Shown: positions 62,697-64,000 of the stretch, piece by piece
Position numbering within the stretch: the stretch's first letter is position 1
Layout: the number at the start of each line of letters is the position of its first letter
Assembly (NCBI GenBank): GCA_038087875.1
Contig: CM075978.1
Location: 174,902,001-174,966,000 of the forward strand
Reading direction: 5' to 3'
DNA length: 64,000 nt
DNA from: Malacoraja senta
Lineage: Eukaryota
Notes under the pieces: model-generated
Told to the model about the DNA's origin: nothing
Databases searched by the model: none
What the model saw: the letters and a program-made list of their open reading frames with translations, nothing else
Program-made: the position numbers and the translations under genes

Positions 62697-64000
62697 GGAA
62701 TTAACCTTGTAAACCTATGCTACACTCCCTCAATAGCAAGAATGTCCTTCCTCAAATTAGAGGACCAAAACTGCACACAATACTCCAGGTGTGGTCTCAC
62801 TAGTGCTCTGCACAACTGCAGAAGGACCTCTTTGCTCCTATATCCGATTCCTCTTGTTACAAAGGCCAACATTCCATTCGCTTTCTTCACTGCCTGTTGT
62901 ACCTGCATGCTTACTTTCATAGACTGATGTACAAGGACCCCCAGATCCCGTTGTACTTCTCCTTTTCCCAACTTGACGCCATTTAGATAGTAATCTGCCA
63001 TCCTGTTTTTGCTACCAAGGTGGATAACCTCACATGTATCCGCATTAAACTTCATCTGCCATGCATCTGCCCACTCACCCAACCTGTCAAAGTCACCCAG
63101 CATTCTCATAGCATCCTCCTCACAGTTCACACTGCCACCCAGCTTTGTGTCATCTGCAAATTTGCTAATGTTACTTTGTATCCCTTCATCGAAATCATTG
63201 ATGTATATTGTAAATAGCTGCCGTCCCAGCACCGAGCATTGCGGTACCCCACAAGTCACTGCCTGCCATTCTGAAATGGACCCGTTAATCCCTACTCTTT
63301 GTTTCCTGTCTGCCAACCAATTTTCTATCCATGTCAGCATTCTACCACCAATACCACGTGCCCTAAGTTTGCCCACTAATTTCCTATGTGGGATCTTATC
63401 AAATGCTTTCTGAAAGTCCAGGTACACTACATCCACTGGCTCTCCCTTGTCCATTTTCCGAGTTACATCTTCAAAAGATTCCAGAAGATTAGTCAAGCAT
63501 GATTTCCCCTTTGGAAATCCATGCTGGCTCGGACCGATCCTGTTACTTATATCCAAATGTGCAGCTATCTCATCTTTTATAATTGACTCCAGCATCTTCC
63601 CCACCACCGATGTCAGGCTAACTGGTCTATAGAACATTGGAAAAATATCATCAATGCATCCACGATTTCTAGAGCTACTTCCTTATGTACCCTAGGATGC
63701 AGACCATCAGGCCCTGGGGATTTATCAGCCTATCCAACACCATTTCCTGCCTAATGTGGATTTCCTTCAGTTCCTCTGTGACCCCAGATCCTCTGGCCAC
63801 TACTATAGCAGGAAGATTGAAGGCAGATCCAAAGTACCTGTTCAACTCATCTGCCATTTCCTTGTTCCCCATAATAAATTAACATTTTCGGCCTTCAAGT
63901 GTCCAACTTTGGTCTTAACTATTTTTTTCTTCTTCACATACCTAAATAAGCTTTTACTATCCTGCTTTATATTCTTGGCTAGCTTACCATCGTACCCCAT
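62697..64000 (-). mobile_element. CR1-clade LINE RT region, continuing beyond the window
   Basis: YRPVSLTSVVGKMLE, QHGF, YLDFQKAFD, VPQCSVLG, FADD, RPHLEYCVQFW in ORF 62720-63637. Confidence 0.93.

Larger units (their letters stand above)
49130..62697 (+). repeat. Segmental duplication copy B, expanded by Gypsy, L1 and Rex1-like insertions
   Basis: Segments 49130-50385, 53869-54415, 58522-58700 and 62600-62697 match copy A in order. Confidence 0.85.

Overview
Eukaryotic, repeat-dense vertebrate DNA. HE1-type SINEs and HER1/CR1-type LINE tails point to a cartilaginous fish, probably a skate or ray; this is an inference. Most long ORFs in the supplied track are transposon-derived or spurious. 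The host genes must be rebuilt from exons. I find two paralogous, convergently oriented, non-rearranging Ig-superfamily receptor genes with the layout leader / VJ-type V / C1-set / Arg-containing TM / tail. Gene A (+, 5061-18974) has an NKp30(NCR3)-like V domain and TM Arg-Ala-Gly plus a SIRPalpha-like ITIM/ITSM tail. Gene B (-, 44532-34549) has the same ectodomain and TM motif but a short tyrosine-free tail, so the two look like a paired inhibitory/activating receptor set. Both carry disabling lesions as assembled. About 2.1 kb upstream of gene A is duplicated at about 49.1-62.7 kb, where it is expanded by nested young insertions; this suggests a third paralog just right of the window. Other contents: a nearly intact young Gypsy LTR retrotransposon (27882-32613); a deleted Gypsy relative with a nested L1; a 4.1 kb L1; a Rex1/Babar-like LINE; many CR1 fragments; a hAT fossil; and about 13 short repeats (several degenerate) carrying a minimal hammerhead-ribozyme core of the Penelope type. 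There is one 145-N assembly gap. All coordinates were read by eye, and repeat boundaries marked approximate may be off by tens of bases.
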